Positions 18,607 to 27,508 of a stretch of DNA of 58,596 nucleotides are shown piece after piece (positions within the stretch are counted from its first letter, which is position 1; each line of letters begins with the position of its first letter). The DNA comes from Gaiellaceae bacterium (lineage in GTDB: Bacteria; Actinomycetota; Thermoleophilia; Gaiellales; Gaiellaceae). The notes beneath the pieces are model-generated. The model worked only from the letters and a program-made list of their open reading frames with translations. It was not told the DNA's origin and ran no database searches. The DNA is taken from assembly GCA_035559835.1 (NCBI GenBank), contig DATMAP010000050.1:1-58596 (forward strand), given 5' to 3'. Made by a program: the position numbers and the translations under genes.

Positions 18607-19062
18607 GTGAGGATCGAGCTCACGGTCAACGGTGAGCGGCGCGAGGCGGACGTGTGGGCCGGGGAGAGCTTGCTCACGGCGCTCCGCGACCGCTTGGGCC
18701 TGCCCGGCTCGAAGAACGCCTGCGAGCAGGGCGAGTGCGGCTCCTGCTCGGTCCTTCTCGACGGCCGGCTCGTCTGCTCCTGCCTCGTGCTCGCGGCGCA
18801 GGCGCACGCGCACGAGGTGGTCACGGTGGAGGGGCTGGCGGCGGGCGGCGAGCTCCACCCGGTACAGGAGGCGTTCGTGGAGACGGGCGCGGTGCAGTGC
18901 GGCTTCTGCACGCCGGGCTTCGTGGTCGCCGCCGTCGACCTCCTCCGGCGGGTGCCCGACCCGAGCGAGGACGAGATCCGCGAGGCGCTCTCGGGGAACC
19001 TCTGTCGCTGCACGGGGTACCAGAAGATCCTGGAGGCCGTCCGGCTGGCGGCGGGGCGATGA
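18607..19062 (+). CDS. xanthine dehydrogenase family [2Fe-2S] subunit
   Basis: GTG start. CEQGECGSCSV, CGFCTPG and CRCTGY cluster motifs. Confidence 0.9.
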   Translation: MRIELTVNGERREADVWAGESLLTALRDRLGLPGSKNACEQGECGSCSVLLDGRLVCSCLVLAAQAHAHEVVTVEGLAAGGELHPVQEAFVETGAVQCGFCTPGFVVAAVDLLRRVPDPSEDEIREALSGNLCRCTGYQKILEAVRLAAGR

Positions 19063-21275
19063 GCGTCGCCGTCCGTACCTTGCCGCGGGGCCGCGCGGAG
19101 ACGACCACCCGCCGCGCCGACGCCGTTCCCAAGGTCACGGGCGAGTTCGCCTACTCGAGCGACCTCCAGGCGGCCGGGATGCTCTGGGGCCGGACCGTCC
19201 GCAGCCCGCATCCGCACGCGCGCATCCTCGAGATCGACGTCTCGCGGGCGCTGGCCATGCCCGGGGTCCACGCCGTGCTCACGTACGAGGACGTGCCCGG
19301 GCGCAAGACCTACGGGCTCGACTTCCCCGACCAGCCGGTGCTGGCCGGCGACCGCGTCCGCTACTTCGGCGAGCCGGTCGCGATCGTCGCCGCCGAGGAG
19401 CCGGAGCAGGCGCGGCGCGCGGCGGCCGCGGTTCGCGTCGAGTACGAGCCGCTCCCGCCCGTCACCGATCCGGAGCGGGCGACCGAGTCGGAGCCGCTGC
19501 ACCCCGACCGGCCGACGATGGGGCACGGCTTCCGCGACGACCCGCGGCCGAACGTCATCCGCTCGCTCGTCATCCGCCGCGGCGACCCCGACGTGGAGGG
19601 TGAGGTGACGGTCCGCGGGTACTACGAGGTCGGGCAGCAAGATCAGGCCTTCCTCGGGCCCGAGTCGGGCCTCGCCATCCCCGACGGGGAGGGGGGCGTC
19701 GACATCCACGTCGCCACGCAGTGGCTCCACGTCGACCGAGACCAGGTCGCGCCCTGCCTCGACCTGCCGCCGGAGATGGTGCGTGTCCACCTCGCCGGCG
19801 TGGGCGGAGCGTTCGGCGGCCGCGAGGACCTCTCGATCCAGATCCACGCGGCGCTGCTCGCGCTCCGGACGGGGCGGCCGGTGAAGATGGTCTACACGCG
19901 GGAGGAGTCGTTCGTCGGGCACGTCCACCGGCATCCGGCGCGGATCTGGGCCGAGCACCGGGCGACGAGGACAGGCAAGCTCGTCGCGGTGCGGATGCGC
20001 ATCCTCCTCGACGGCGGTGCGTACGCATCGAGCTCGGCTGCGGTCATCTCGAACGCGTGCTCCTTCGCGCTCGGGCCCTACGCCGTCGACAACGTGCTCA
20101 TCGACGGTCTCGCCGTGTACACGAACAACCCGCCCTGCGGGGCGATGCGCGGGTTCGGCGCGGTGCAGTCGTGCTTCGCCGCCGAGGCGCAGATGGATCG
20201 GCTCGCGGCCGCGCTCGGGGTCGACCCGGTCGAGCTGCGGCTCGAAAACGCGCTCGAGCCCGGAGATCGCCTTCCGACCGGGCAGGTCGTGACCGGGTCC
20301 CTGCCGACGCGGGAGGTGATCCGCCGCGCCGCCGCCCTACCCGTCCCCGAGCCGGAGGAGCTGCCACGCGACGCGATCCGCCTCCCCGGGGGCGCCGGCA
20401 ACACGACCCGCGGCGAGGGCGTCCGGCGCGGGGTCGGCTTCGCCGTCGGCTTCAAGAACATCTGCTACTCGGAGGGCTTCGACGACTCCTGCGCCGCGCG
20501 CGTGCGCCTCCGCGACGACGGCTCCGCAGAGGTGCACTGCGCCGCCGCGGAGGTCGGGCAGGGCGTGACCGACGTCATCTTGCAGGTCGCGCGCCGAGAG
20601 CTGGGAACGGACGAGGTCTTCCTCGCCTCGAGCTCGACCGCCCAGGTCGGATCCGCCGGCTCGGCCTCGGCGTCGCGGATGACCTGGATGGCGGCGGGGG
20701 CCGTGCAAGCGGCCTGCCGCGCTGCCCTCGAGCAGCGCGAGCGGCGAGGCGGGGGCGAGGTCGACGTCGAGCGGGTCTACCGGCATCCCCGCACGTTCCC
20801 GCTCGATCCCGAGACGGGCCAGGTCACGGACGGGGACGCGCACGTGGCGCTCGCCGTGGCCGCCATGCGCGTCGTCGCCGAGGTGGACGTGGAGCTCGGC
20901 CTGACTCGTGTCGTCTGGATCGGCACCGCCCAGGACGTCGGTCGTGCGCTCAACCGGATCGCGGTCGAAGGGCAGATCGAGGGCGGGACGGCGCAGGGCC
21001 TCGGGCTCGCGCTCATGGAGGAGATCCAGACGCGCGAGGGCGTGATCGCCAACGCCAGCTTCACGGACTACCTCATCCCCACCTTCCTGGACATGCCGCG
21101 CGTCGTCTCCGAACTGGTCGAGGAGCCCGAGCCCGCCGCGCCCTACGGCCTCAAGGGCGTCGGCGAGCCGCCGACCGTCGTCTCCACGGCCGCGATCGTG
21201 GCCGCCTTGCGGGACGCCACCGGGCGCGAGCTCACCCGCGTGCCCGTGCGCTTGGACGACCTCGTCGGGCTGTGA
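19059..21275 (+). CDS. xanthine dehydrogenase family molybdopterin-binding subunit
   Basis: ATG 19059 (ATGA overlap). KVTGEFAYSSD hammerhead start, GGAFGGRED, PPCGAMRGFG, GEPPTV motifs. Confidence 0.9.
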   Translation: MSVAVRTLPRGRAETTTRRADAVPKVTGEFAYSSDLQAAGMLWGRTVRSPHPHARILEIDVSRALAMPGVHAVLTYEDVPGRKTYGLDFPDQPVLAGDRVRYFGEPVAIVAAEEPEQARRAAAAVRVEYEPLPPVTDPERATESEPLHPDRPTMGHGFRDDPRPNVIRSLVIRRGDPDVEGEVTVRGYYEVGQQDQAFLGPESGLAIPDGEGGVDIHVATQWLHVDRDQVAPCLDLPPEMVRVHLAGVGGAFGGREDLSIQIHAALLALRTGRPVKMVYTREESFVGHVHRHPARIWAEHRATRTGKLVAVRMRILLDGGAYASSSAAVISNACSFALGPYAVDNVLIDGLAVYTNNPPCGAMRGFGAVQSCFAAEAQMDRLAAALGVDPVELRLENALEPGDRLPTGQVVTGSLPTREVIRRAAALPVPEPEELPRDAIRLPGGAGNTTRGEGVRRGVGFAVGFKNICYSEGFDDSCAARVRLRDDGSAEVHCAAAEVGQGVTDVILQVARRELGTDEVFLASSSTAQVGSAGSASASRMTWMAAGAVQAACRAALEQRERRGGGEVDVERVYRHPRTFPLDPETGQVTDGDAHVALAVAAMRVVAEVDVELGLTRVVWIGTAQDVGRALNRIAVEGQIEGGTAQGLGLALMEEIQTREGVIANASFTDYLIPTFLDMPRVVSELVEEPEPAAPYGLKGVGEPPTVVSTAAIVAALRDATGRELTRVPVRLDDLVGL

Positions 21276-21289
21276 GTCGTCCAGTCTGT

Positions 21290-21317
21290 GCGGGAGAGGC
21301 CTTGCGGCCCCTCCCGC
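21290..21317. terminator. terminator-like hairpin after the xdh operon
   Basis: gcgggagaggcc-ttgc-ggcccctcccgc: 12-bp stem with one mismatch, followed by ttccccc. Lies between convergent genes. Confidence 0.55.
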
Positions 21318-21338
21318 TTCCCCCGGATGGAGCTGTGG

Positions 21339-21554
21339 TCAGCGGCCGATCGCGCGCAGCAGGGAGATCCGGCTCGCCTTCGCGCGCTGCGAGGACACGA
21401 GGCCGGGCTTGACCAGCGCGGGCTTGACCAGCGCGGGCTTGGCTACCTGCACGCTGAGCTGCGGCTTCAGCTGGGCGACGGTACCGGCTGCGCCGACTGC
21501 CGGCGCGCCGCAGAAGGCGGCGACGATGACGAGAACGACGCCGGTGCGCTTCAT
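21339..21554 (-). CDS. small secreted hypothetical protein (71 aa) with KPALV repeats
   Basis: ATG 21554 gives MKRTGVVLVIVAAFCGAPAVGAAG signal-like N-terminus, then KPALVKPALVKPGLV encoded by a 15-nt tandem repeat. Gene reality uncertain. Confidence 0.4.
   Translation of the reverse strand: MKRTGVVLVIVAAFCGAPAVGAAGTVAQLKPQLSVQVAKPALVKPALVKPGLVSSQRAKASRISLLRAIGR
21405..21442. repeat. 15-nt tandem repeat (2.5 copies) gggcttgaccagcgc
   Basis: Encodes the KPALV repeats of the small minus-strand ORF. Confidence 0.8.
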
Positions 21555-21849
21555 CGGGTGCTCGTTGCTCCTGCGATCCACGTTGGCCTGAGCATAGGAA
21601 GGGGCGTGCCGGCCGTCGTTCGCGCCCGCGACGGTGGGAGTGTCGCCGTCGTCACAGAAGCCGCGCGCAGCTGATCGCCTCGGATGGGCGGGGCTGAGCG
21701 TCGTCTGCGATCGCTTCGCGCTCGTCGAGCTTCGCACCGACGAGCCGGGCGGGCGCCGCTCGAGCCGAGGGCCCCACCGTGCCCCCCCGTGAGCAGCCCG
21801 CAGGCGCGGCGCGTTTGCGGCCGTCGCGCGCATCACGGACACTCGCGGC

Positions 21850-22512
21850 GTGCACTGGCCCCTCCTCGCCGGCCTCCCCCCGGAGGACGTCCGCGAGCTG
21901 CTCGCGATCGCACGGCGGCGTACGTTCGCCAGGGGCGAGGTCGTGTTCCACCAGGACGACCCCGCCGACTCGTTGCACCTGATCGTGCGCGGGCGCTTCG
22001 GGGCGCGCGTTTCGACCCCGCTCGGGGACAGCGTCCTGCTCGAGGTGCTCGGGCCGGGACGGTCGTTCGGGGAGCTGGCCCTCGTCCTGGAGGACGCTCG
22101 CCGCTCGGCGACCGTCTCGGCGCTCGAGGACGGCGAGACGCGCTCGGTCTTCCGGGACGACTTCGCACGGCTGCAGCGGCGCCACCCGGGCGTGAAGGAC
22201 GTCCTCCTCCGCCTCGTCGCCGAGCAGGTGCAGCGTCTCACCGCACGGGTCGTCGAGGCGCACTACGTGGACGCCGAGACGCGCGTGCGCCGACGGGTGT
22301 GCGAGCTGGCGGAGACGTACGGCTCGAGCGTGATCCCCCTGACGCAGGAGGATGTGGCGGCGATGGCCGGCACGTCGCGGGCGACCGTCAACCGCGTCCT
22401 CCGGGAAGAGCAGGAACGGGGGGCGGTCGCGCTCCGGCGCGGGCGCACGACCGTTCTCGACCTGGACGGACTGCAGCGGCGCTGCCGGCTCGAACGGGTG
22501 CTGGGCACATAG
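21850..22512 (+). CDS. Crp/Fnr-family transcriptional regulator
   Basis: cNMP-binding fold (FGELAL..RSATV) and C-terminal HTH (TQEDVAAMAGTSRATVNRVL). GTG start. Confidence 0.85.
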   Translation: MHWPLLAGLPPEDVRELLAIARRRTFARGEVVFHQDDPADSLHLIVRGRFGARVSTPLGDSVLLEVLGPGRSFGELALVLEDARRSATVSALEDGETRSVFRDDFARLQRRHPGVKDVLLRLVAEQVQRLTARVVEAHYVDAETRVRRRVCELAETYGSSVIPLTQEDVAAMAGTSRATVNRVLREEQERGAVALRRGRTTVLDLDGLQRRCRLERVLGT

Positions 22513-22521
22513 GATCGCTGC

Positions 22522-23442
22522 GTGGTGCGCCTGACGGCGATCGTTCCCGCCACGAACCGTCCGGCGACGCTCGAGCGGTGCGTCGGCGCGATTCAGGCTG
22601 CCGAGACCCCTCCCGAGGAGGTCATCGTCGTGACGGAGGCGCCGGGGCCCGGCCCTGCCGCGGCCCGCAACGAGGGCGCCCGCCGGGCCGGCGGCGACGT
22701 GCTCGTCTTCGTCGACGCCGACGTCCTGCCTCGACCCGACGCGTTCGCCCGCATCCGTGCCGCGTTCACCGAGGACCCCGGGCTCGTTGCGCTCATCGGC
22801 TCGTACGACGACGCGCCCGAGGCGCCGGGTGTCGTCTCGCGGTTCCGCAACCTGCTCCACCATCACACCCACCAGCTGGCGGGCGGCTCAGCGGAGACCT
22901 TCTGGGCCGGGCTCGGCGCCGTGCGGCGGAACGCCTTCCTCGCCGTGGGCGGCTTCGATCAGGAGCGCTACCGCGTCCCCTCCGTGGAGGACATCGACCT
23001 CGGCCTGCGCCTTGGCGCGGAAGGGGCGACGATCAGGCTCGACCCGGCCCTCCAAGGCACACACCTGAAGGCGTGGACGCTCGCGGAGATGGTCCGCACC
23101 GACCTCCTCCACCGGGGTATCCCCTGGATCGTGCTCCTGCTTCGGAGCGGCCGGCGCTCGCAGGCGCTCAACCTCGGCTGGCGCCAGCGGCTGAGCGCCG
23201 CCGCTTCCGTACTTGTTGCCGGGGCGCTGCTCGTCCGCCGGGCCGGCGTTGCCGCGAGCGCGCTGCTCGCACTCGTTGCCCTCAACCGGCGCTTCTACGC
23301 CTTGCTTTCACGGCGCCTGGGTCCGGGTGCGGCCGCTCTCGGCGTCGCCCTCCACGTCCTCCACTACCTCGTCTCCGCGCTCGCCCTCCCGCTCGGCGTG
23401 CTCGCCCACCTGTTGGAACGGCGCGGACGCAGGACCGGCTGA
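22522..23442 (+). CDS. family 2 glycosyltransferase with C-terminal membrane segment
   Basis: TAIVPATNRPATLERCV..., ARNEGA, FVDADV (DxD). Hydrophobic C-terminal third. Confidence 0.8.
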   Translation: MVRLTAIVPATNRPATLERCVGAIQAAETPPEEVIVVTEAPGPGPAAARNEGARRAGGDVLVFVDADVLPRPDAFARIRAAFTEDPGLVALIGSYDDAPEAPGVVSRFRNLLHHHTHQLAGGSAETFWAGLGAVRRNAFLAVGGFDQERYRVPSVEDIDLGLRLGAEGATIRLDPALQGTHLKAWTLAEMVRTDLLHRGIPWIVLLLRSGRRSQALNLGWRQRLSAAASVLVAGALLVRRAGVAASALLALVALNRRFYALLSRRLGPGAAALGVALHVLHYLVSALALPLGVLAHLLERRGRRTG

Positions 23443-23444
23443 GC

Positions 23445-24119
23445 GTGGAGGTGCGCCGGCTCACGACCGGGCGGGTGCGTCCGAAGCGCGCGCGACGGGG
23501 CCTGCGCCGGTGGCTCCCCGGTGGCTGGAGCGGCGAGACCCTGCCGGTCAACGCCTTCCTCGTCGACCACCCCGCGGGCCGCTGCCTCTTCGACACCGGG
23601 CAGTCGGCGCGGGCGGCGCGGTCCGGATACCTCCCGCGCTGGCATCCGTTCCTCCGCCTCGCCCGCTTCGAGCTCACCGAGCAAGACGAGGTCGGAGCGC
23701 AGGTCGATCCCGTCACGGTGCGCTGGGTCGTGCTCTCGCACCTGCACACCGACCACGCGGGTGGTCTCGAGCCGTTCCGGGGTGCCGAGGTGCTCGTGTC
23801 GCGTACGGAGTGGGAGCGCGCGCGGGGGCTGGCGGGCCGGCTCCGTGGCTACCTCCCCCAGCGCTGGCCGGAGGGAATCGAGCCACGCCTCGTCGACTTC
23901 GACGGACCTCCGGTCGGGCCCTTCGCCGCCTCGTACGACGTGGCCGGGGACGGACGGCTCCTGCTCGTGCCCGTGCCCTGGCACACGCCGGGCCATCTCG
24001 GCCTGCTCGTCCGCGGCGAGCGCGGCGGCTACCTCCTGGGTGGGGACGTCGAGCCCAGCGAGCCGCTTGCCTCGTACTGCGCGCACGAGGGGCTCGTCTA
24101 TCTCTGGGCGCACGGCTAG
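23445..24119 (+). CDS. MBL-fold metallo-hydrolase (lactonase-like)
   Basis: GTG 23445 (or 23451). Canonical SHLHTDHAGG motif, later WHTPGH. Follows the GT2 gene with a 2-nt gap. Confidence 0.75.
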   Translation: MEVRRLTTGRVRPKRARRGLRRWLPGGWSGETLPVNAFLVDHPAGRCLFDTGQSARAARSGYLPRWHPFLRLARFELTEQDEVGAQVDPVTVRWVVLSHLHTDHAGGLEPFRGAEVLVSRTEWERARGLAGRLRGYLPQRWPEGIEPRLVDFDGPPVGPFAASYDVAGDGRLLLVPVPWHTPGHLGLLVRGERGGYLLGGDVEPSEPLASYCAHEGLVYLWAHG

Positions 24120-24120
24120 G

Positions 24121-24810
24121 TTAGGGGCGCTTCCGAGTCGCGTACACGACTTGGCGCGTACGCAGGCGCCCGGGCGCGGGGCGCGCGCCGATCGGGACGG
24201 ACGCTGCGACCGTCAGGCCGGCTGCCTCGAGCTCCTCCTCGAAACGTCGAAGGACGAGGAGGCGCCTCCGCGGCGGCGGCGCGGGCCGTCCCACCGGGAC
24301 GACCGCCTTCGCTGTCCGCACCAAGGGGTAGACGACGCGCAGCCGCCACAGGTTGTGCGGCGTCCAGTAGTCAGGGAAGCTGAGGACGGCGCTGCCGCTC
24401 GGCCTGAGCACACGGGCGAGCTCGCCCAGCCCGCGTCCGAGGTCGTCCACGTATTCGAGCACCCCGGTCGCTACCACGGCGTCGAAGCTTCGGTCGGCGA
24501 ACGGGAGCGACTCTAGGCGCGCCTGGCGGAGTCGGGCGGCCAGGTGTGGGAGCCGCGATCTCGCGAGCTCGACCATCCGCGCGGAAGCGTCGATCCCGGT
24601 GACCGTCCAGCCGCGCCGGTCGAGCTCGGCGCACAGGCGTCCGGAGCCCATCCCGGCATCGAGAACGTCTCCCTGCCCCTCGCCGAGCAGGTCGAGCACG
24701 GCCTGGAGGCGTGCCCGCAGAACCCGGCCGCTCGCGCTCCACGCGTCGTACTGGCGGTCGTACCACTCCCCCTGCGCGTCGAAGAGGCGGCCGGCGTCCG
24801 CGCCGGTCAC
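24121..24810 (-). CDS. class I SAM-dependent methyltransferase
   Basis: VLDAGMGSGR motif I, type-11 methyltransferase layout. GTGA overlap with the upstream gene. Confidence 0.8.
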   Translation of the reverse strand: MTGADAGRLFDAQGEWYDRQYDAWSASGRVLRARLQAVLDLLGEGQGDVLDAGMGSGRLCAELDRRGWTVTGIDASARMVELARSRLPHLAARLRQARLESLPFADRSFDAVVATGVLEYVDDLGRGLGELARVLRPSGSAVLSFPDYWTPHNLWRLRVVYPLVRTAKAVVPVGRPAPPPRRRLLVLRRFEEELEAAGLTVAASVPIGARPAPGRLRTRQVVYATRKRP

Positions 24811-25547
24811 GACGCCTCCGGACGGGCAAGCGCGAAGAGGGTGTGGCCGAACGGCAGGCGTCGACCCGGGCGCCGCAGCCAGCGGGCCTCGGCGGAGAGG
24901 AGGGCCGAGCCGAATGCGTTCCTGGCCGCCCCGACCGGGACCGGGATGCCGCAGGTGCTCTCGGTGGGTGGTCGGGGCTCACGCTCGAGCAGGCTCAGCA
25001 GCGCGTTGGCGTGCGTGAGGCGCTCGACGCGGAAGCCGCCACGCCGCAGCTCCTCGGTGAGGGAGACGGGGTCGTACAGGCGCCAGTCGGCCCGCGCCCG
25101 CCGCCCCCGGCGGCCGCCGTTCGTGCGGACGAGCAGCATCCCGCCGGGACGCAGCACGCGCCGGAGTTCTCTCAGCCCGTGCTCGACCTCGTCCTCGTGC
25201 ACGTGCTGGAGAACGTCGGCGAGCAGGGCGAGGTCGAAGGCCGAGTCCTCGAACGGGAGCGCGTGGAGCGGCGCGACACGGATGTCCGCTTCCGGGATGG
25301 CCTGACGCGCCAGCTCCACGGCCTCCGGACTGAGGTCGGAACCGCAAAGCCGGTCGAAGCGGCCGCGGCCTGCGGCCCAGGCGAGAAAGCCCCCCGTTCC
25401 GCAGCCGGCGTCGAGCAGGCTTCCTCGCAGCCTCCCGGCGAGCAGCGACGCGGCGATCCTCCGCATCCCGACCGGCCACCAGTGCCTTCTCTCGGCCTCG
25501 TAGAGCCGCCGGTAGTAGTCCGGGGGGATGCCCGGCATGGCGGTCAC
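24807..25547 (-). CDS. class I SAM-dependent methyltransferase
   Basis: LLDAGCGTGGF motif I, ...LRPGGMLLV. Start GTG 25547 or ATG 25538. Confidence 0.8.
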   Translation of the reverse strand: MTAMPGIPPDYYRRLYEAERRHWWPVGMRRIAASLLAGRLRGSLLDAGCGTGGFLAWAAGRGRFDRLCGSDLSPEAVELARQAIPEADIRVAPLHALPFEDSAFDLALLADVLQHVHEDEVEHGLRELRRVLRPGGMLLVRTNGGRRGRRARADWRLYDPVSLTEELRRGGFRVERLTHANALLSLLEREPRPPTESTCGIPVPVGAARNAFGSALLSAEARWLRRPGRRLPFGHTLFALARPEAS

Positions 25548-26296
25548 GCCGCGTGATCCCTCCGAAGCGACCGGCGTGCGCGCGCCCCGAATGCACGCAC
25601 CTGCAGGTACCGGCCGGCAGAGCCGTCGAGCGCGCGGGCGAAGACCACCTTACGGCGCAGGTAGTGGACGTCTACCCGCGGCAAGGCGTACGGATCGGCT
25701 CCCGCCTGGACGGTCGTGAGCGCGGTGGTGCAAGCAGCCGAGTAGGTCTCGCGCACGAGCGCTTCGGCGCCCGCGAGGCCGTAGGGGTACGCGAAGGAGC
25801 GGACCGGCGCGCCGACGGCCTGCTCGATCCGTTCTCGCGACTCGACCACCTCGCGTCGCGCATGCGCTGCGGGGATGCCGGGGAGCGGCGCGTGCTCGAG
25901 GCCGTGCGAGCCGATCTCGAACCCGAGCTGTGCGAGCTCCGCCAGTGCTTCCGCCGAAGCGAGCTTGAAGCGTGCGAAACGCGCGGGCTGGCTCGGCCAG
26001 TCGTTCCAGCCGCCGAGATGTCCGGCCACGCAGAAGACGGTCGCACGGAGCCCCCGCTCGAGCAGGAGTGGAGCCGCCTCGACCGCCACGGAGGCTGCGC
26101 CGTCGTCGAACGTGAGCGCGACCCCGCGCTGAGGGAGCCGATCCTGCCGGAGCGCACCCGCGAGCTCCGAGACCGTGAGCACCGGGACGCCGGAGGCGAC
26201 GATCCGATCGAGCTGCTCCCGAAAAAGCCCTGGGTCGACGGCGAGCGGGCCCGAGCCGCTGCCGATCTCGTGGTAGGTGAGCACGAGCACGCTCAC
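25544..26296 (-). CDS. polysaccharide deacetylase (CE4-like)
   Basis: LTFDDGAAS motif, ...GSHGLEH..., GTG start overlapping the GT4 stop. Confidence 0.8.
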   Translation of the reverse strand: MSVLVLTYHEIGSGSGPLAVDPGLFREQLDRIVASGVPVLTVSELAGALRQDRLPQRGVALTFDDGAASVAVEAAPLLLERGLRATVFCVAGHLGGWNDWPSQPARFARFKLASAEALAELAQLGFEIGSHGLEHAPLPGIPAAHARREVVESRERIEQAVGAPVRSFAYPYGLAGAEALVRETYSAACTTALTTVQAGADPYALPRVDVHYLRRKVVFARALDGSAGRYLQVRAFGARARRSLRRDHAA

Positions 26297-27492
26297 GTGG
26301 CCTCCGCCAGCCTTCGCGCCTCTTCGATCGCGTCGAAGTAGCCCTGCAGGTGCGGCTCCTCCGACCAGAGTCGGAGCCAGGCCTCGTAGCCCCGATCGCC
26401 CAGCTCGCGACGGCGAGCGGGGTCATGCTGGAGCTCCTCGAGCGCCGCCAAGAGCTCGTCGTCGGACCGGTAGACGATGCCGCCTCCGCTCTCCTCGACC
26501 ACCTCGGGCAGCGCGCCGAGGTCGTGGACGATCGCTGGCGTGCGCTGCGCGAACCCCTCCAGGATGACGATCCCGAACACCTCGAAGCCGACCGACGGCA
26601 CGAGCACCGCGACGGCGCCCGCGTACAGGGCGGAGAGCTCGGAGGGATGCACGCGACCGAGGAACCGGACATTGCCAAGGCCGCGCGCCCGCCGGCGCAG
26701 CTCCGCTTCGTGCTCGCCGTCGCCTGCGATCAGGAGATCGGCTGCGGGGTACCCGCGGAAGCGGTCGATGAGCCGCTCGACTCCCTTGAGCTTCTCGAGG
26801 CGACCGACGAAGAGGAAGTACGGGCGCTTCCGGCCGAGCTCGAATCCACCTGCCGGAGGCTGCGCTGCGCTCGTCGGAAGGAAGTAGGGGAGTCGTCGGA
26901 TCGGCCGGGTGAAGCCGCGTTCGCGGTGTGCCTGGAGCGTGAAGCGGCTTGGGGAGAGGAAGAGGTCCACCTCCTCGAGCCGGCGGGCGAGAAGGCTCGT
27001 GTAGCGCCAGAGCTGCGGGGGGCGCCGGAAGACGAGCGTGCAGCGGAGACAGGCCGGCTCCGTGCAGGGCTCCCGGTTGAATTTCCAGAGCACGTGCATC
27101 GGGCACACGAGCCAGTGCTCGTGCAGCGTGTAGAGCTTGACCCCCTCCCCGTAGGCGAGGACCCCGGGGCCGCCCAAGAGCGAGACGTTGTGGAAGTGCA
27201 CGACGTCGAAACGCTCTTCGAAGACTTCGCGGAGCGGCTTCGCGTTGAGCGCCGGGCGGCCGCTGAGGTAGCTCACCACGGGGGCAGCCCGCCCGAGCCG
27301 GACGGGGACGACGACGACGCCGGGCTCGTTGGGGAAGTCCTTGTTCGGCTCCTCCCGTCGCAGCACGCGGTAGGCGTCCACGCTGTGGACGACCGTGACA
27401 CGGTGCCCCCGGCGTGCGAGCTCGTTGCTCAGGCGGTAGACGTGCATCGCGTCGCCCCCGAAGTGGTACGGCGGATAGAAGGTGGTGACCAT
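26293..27492 (-). CDS. family 4 (GT-B) glycosyltransferase
   Basis: ATG 27492 gives MVTTFYPPYHFGGDAMHVYRL.... C-terminal ...PSVGFEVFGIVILEGFAQRTP... (E-x7-E region). Confidence 0.8.
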   Translation of the reverse strand: MVTTFYPPYHFGGDAMHVYRLSNELARRGHRVTVVHSVDAYRVLRREEPNKDFPNEPGVVVVPVRLGRAAPVVSYLSGRPALNAKPLREVFEERFDVVHFHNVSLLGGPGVLAYGEGVKLYTLHEHWLVCPMHVLWKFNREPCTEPACLRCTLVFRRPPQLWRYTSLLARRLEEVDLFLSPSRFTLQAHRERGFTRPIRRLPYFLPTSAAQPPAGGFELGRKRPYFLFVGRLEKLKGVERLIDRFRGYPAADLLIAGDGEHEAELRRRARGLGNVRFLGRVHPSELSALYAGAVAVLVPSVGFEVFGIVILEGFAQRTPAIVHDLGALPEVVEESGGGIVYRSDDELLAALEELQHDPARRRELGDRGYEAWLRLWSEEPHLQGYFDAIEEARRLAEAT

Positions 27493-27508
27493 GCAGAAGG
27501 AGAGGGGC

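Noticed and set aside
21555-21849. Hidden gene or RNA in the 295-bp gap upstream of the Crp-family gene
   Set aside because: I read all frames by eye. There is no start-to-stop ORF with coding-like composition, no TGA-interrupted redox motif, and no tRNA-like or strongly structured segment.
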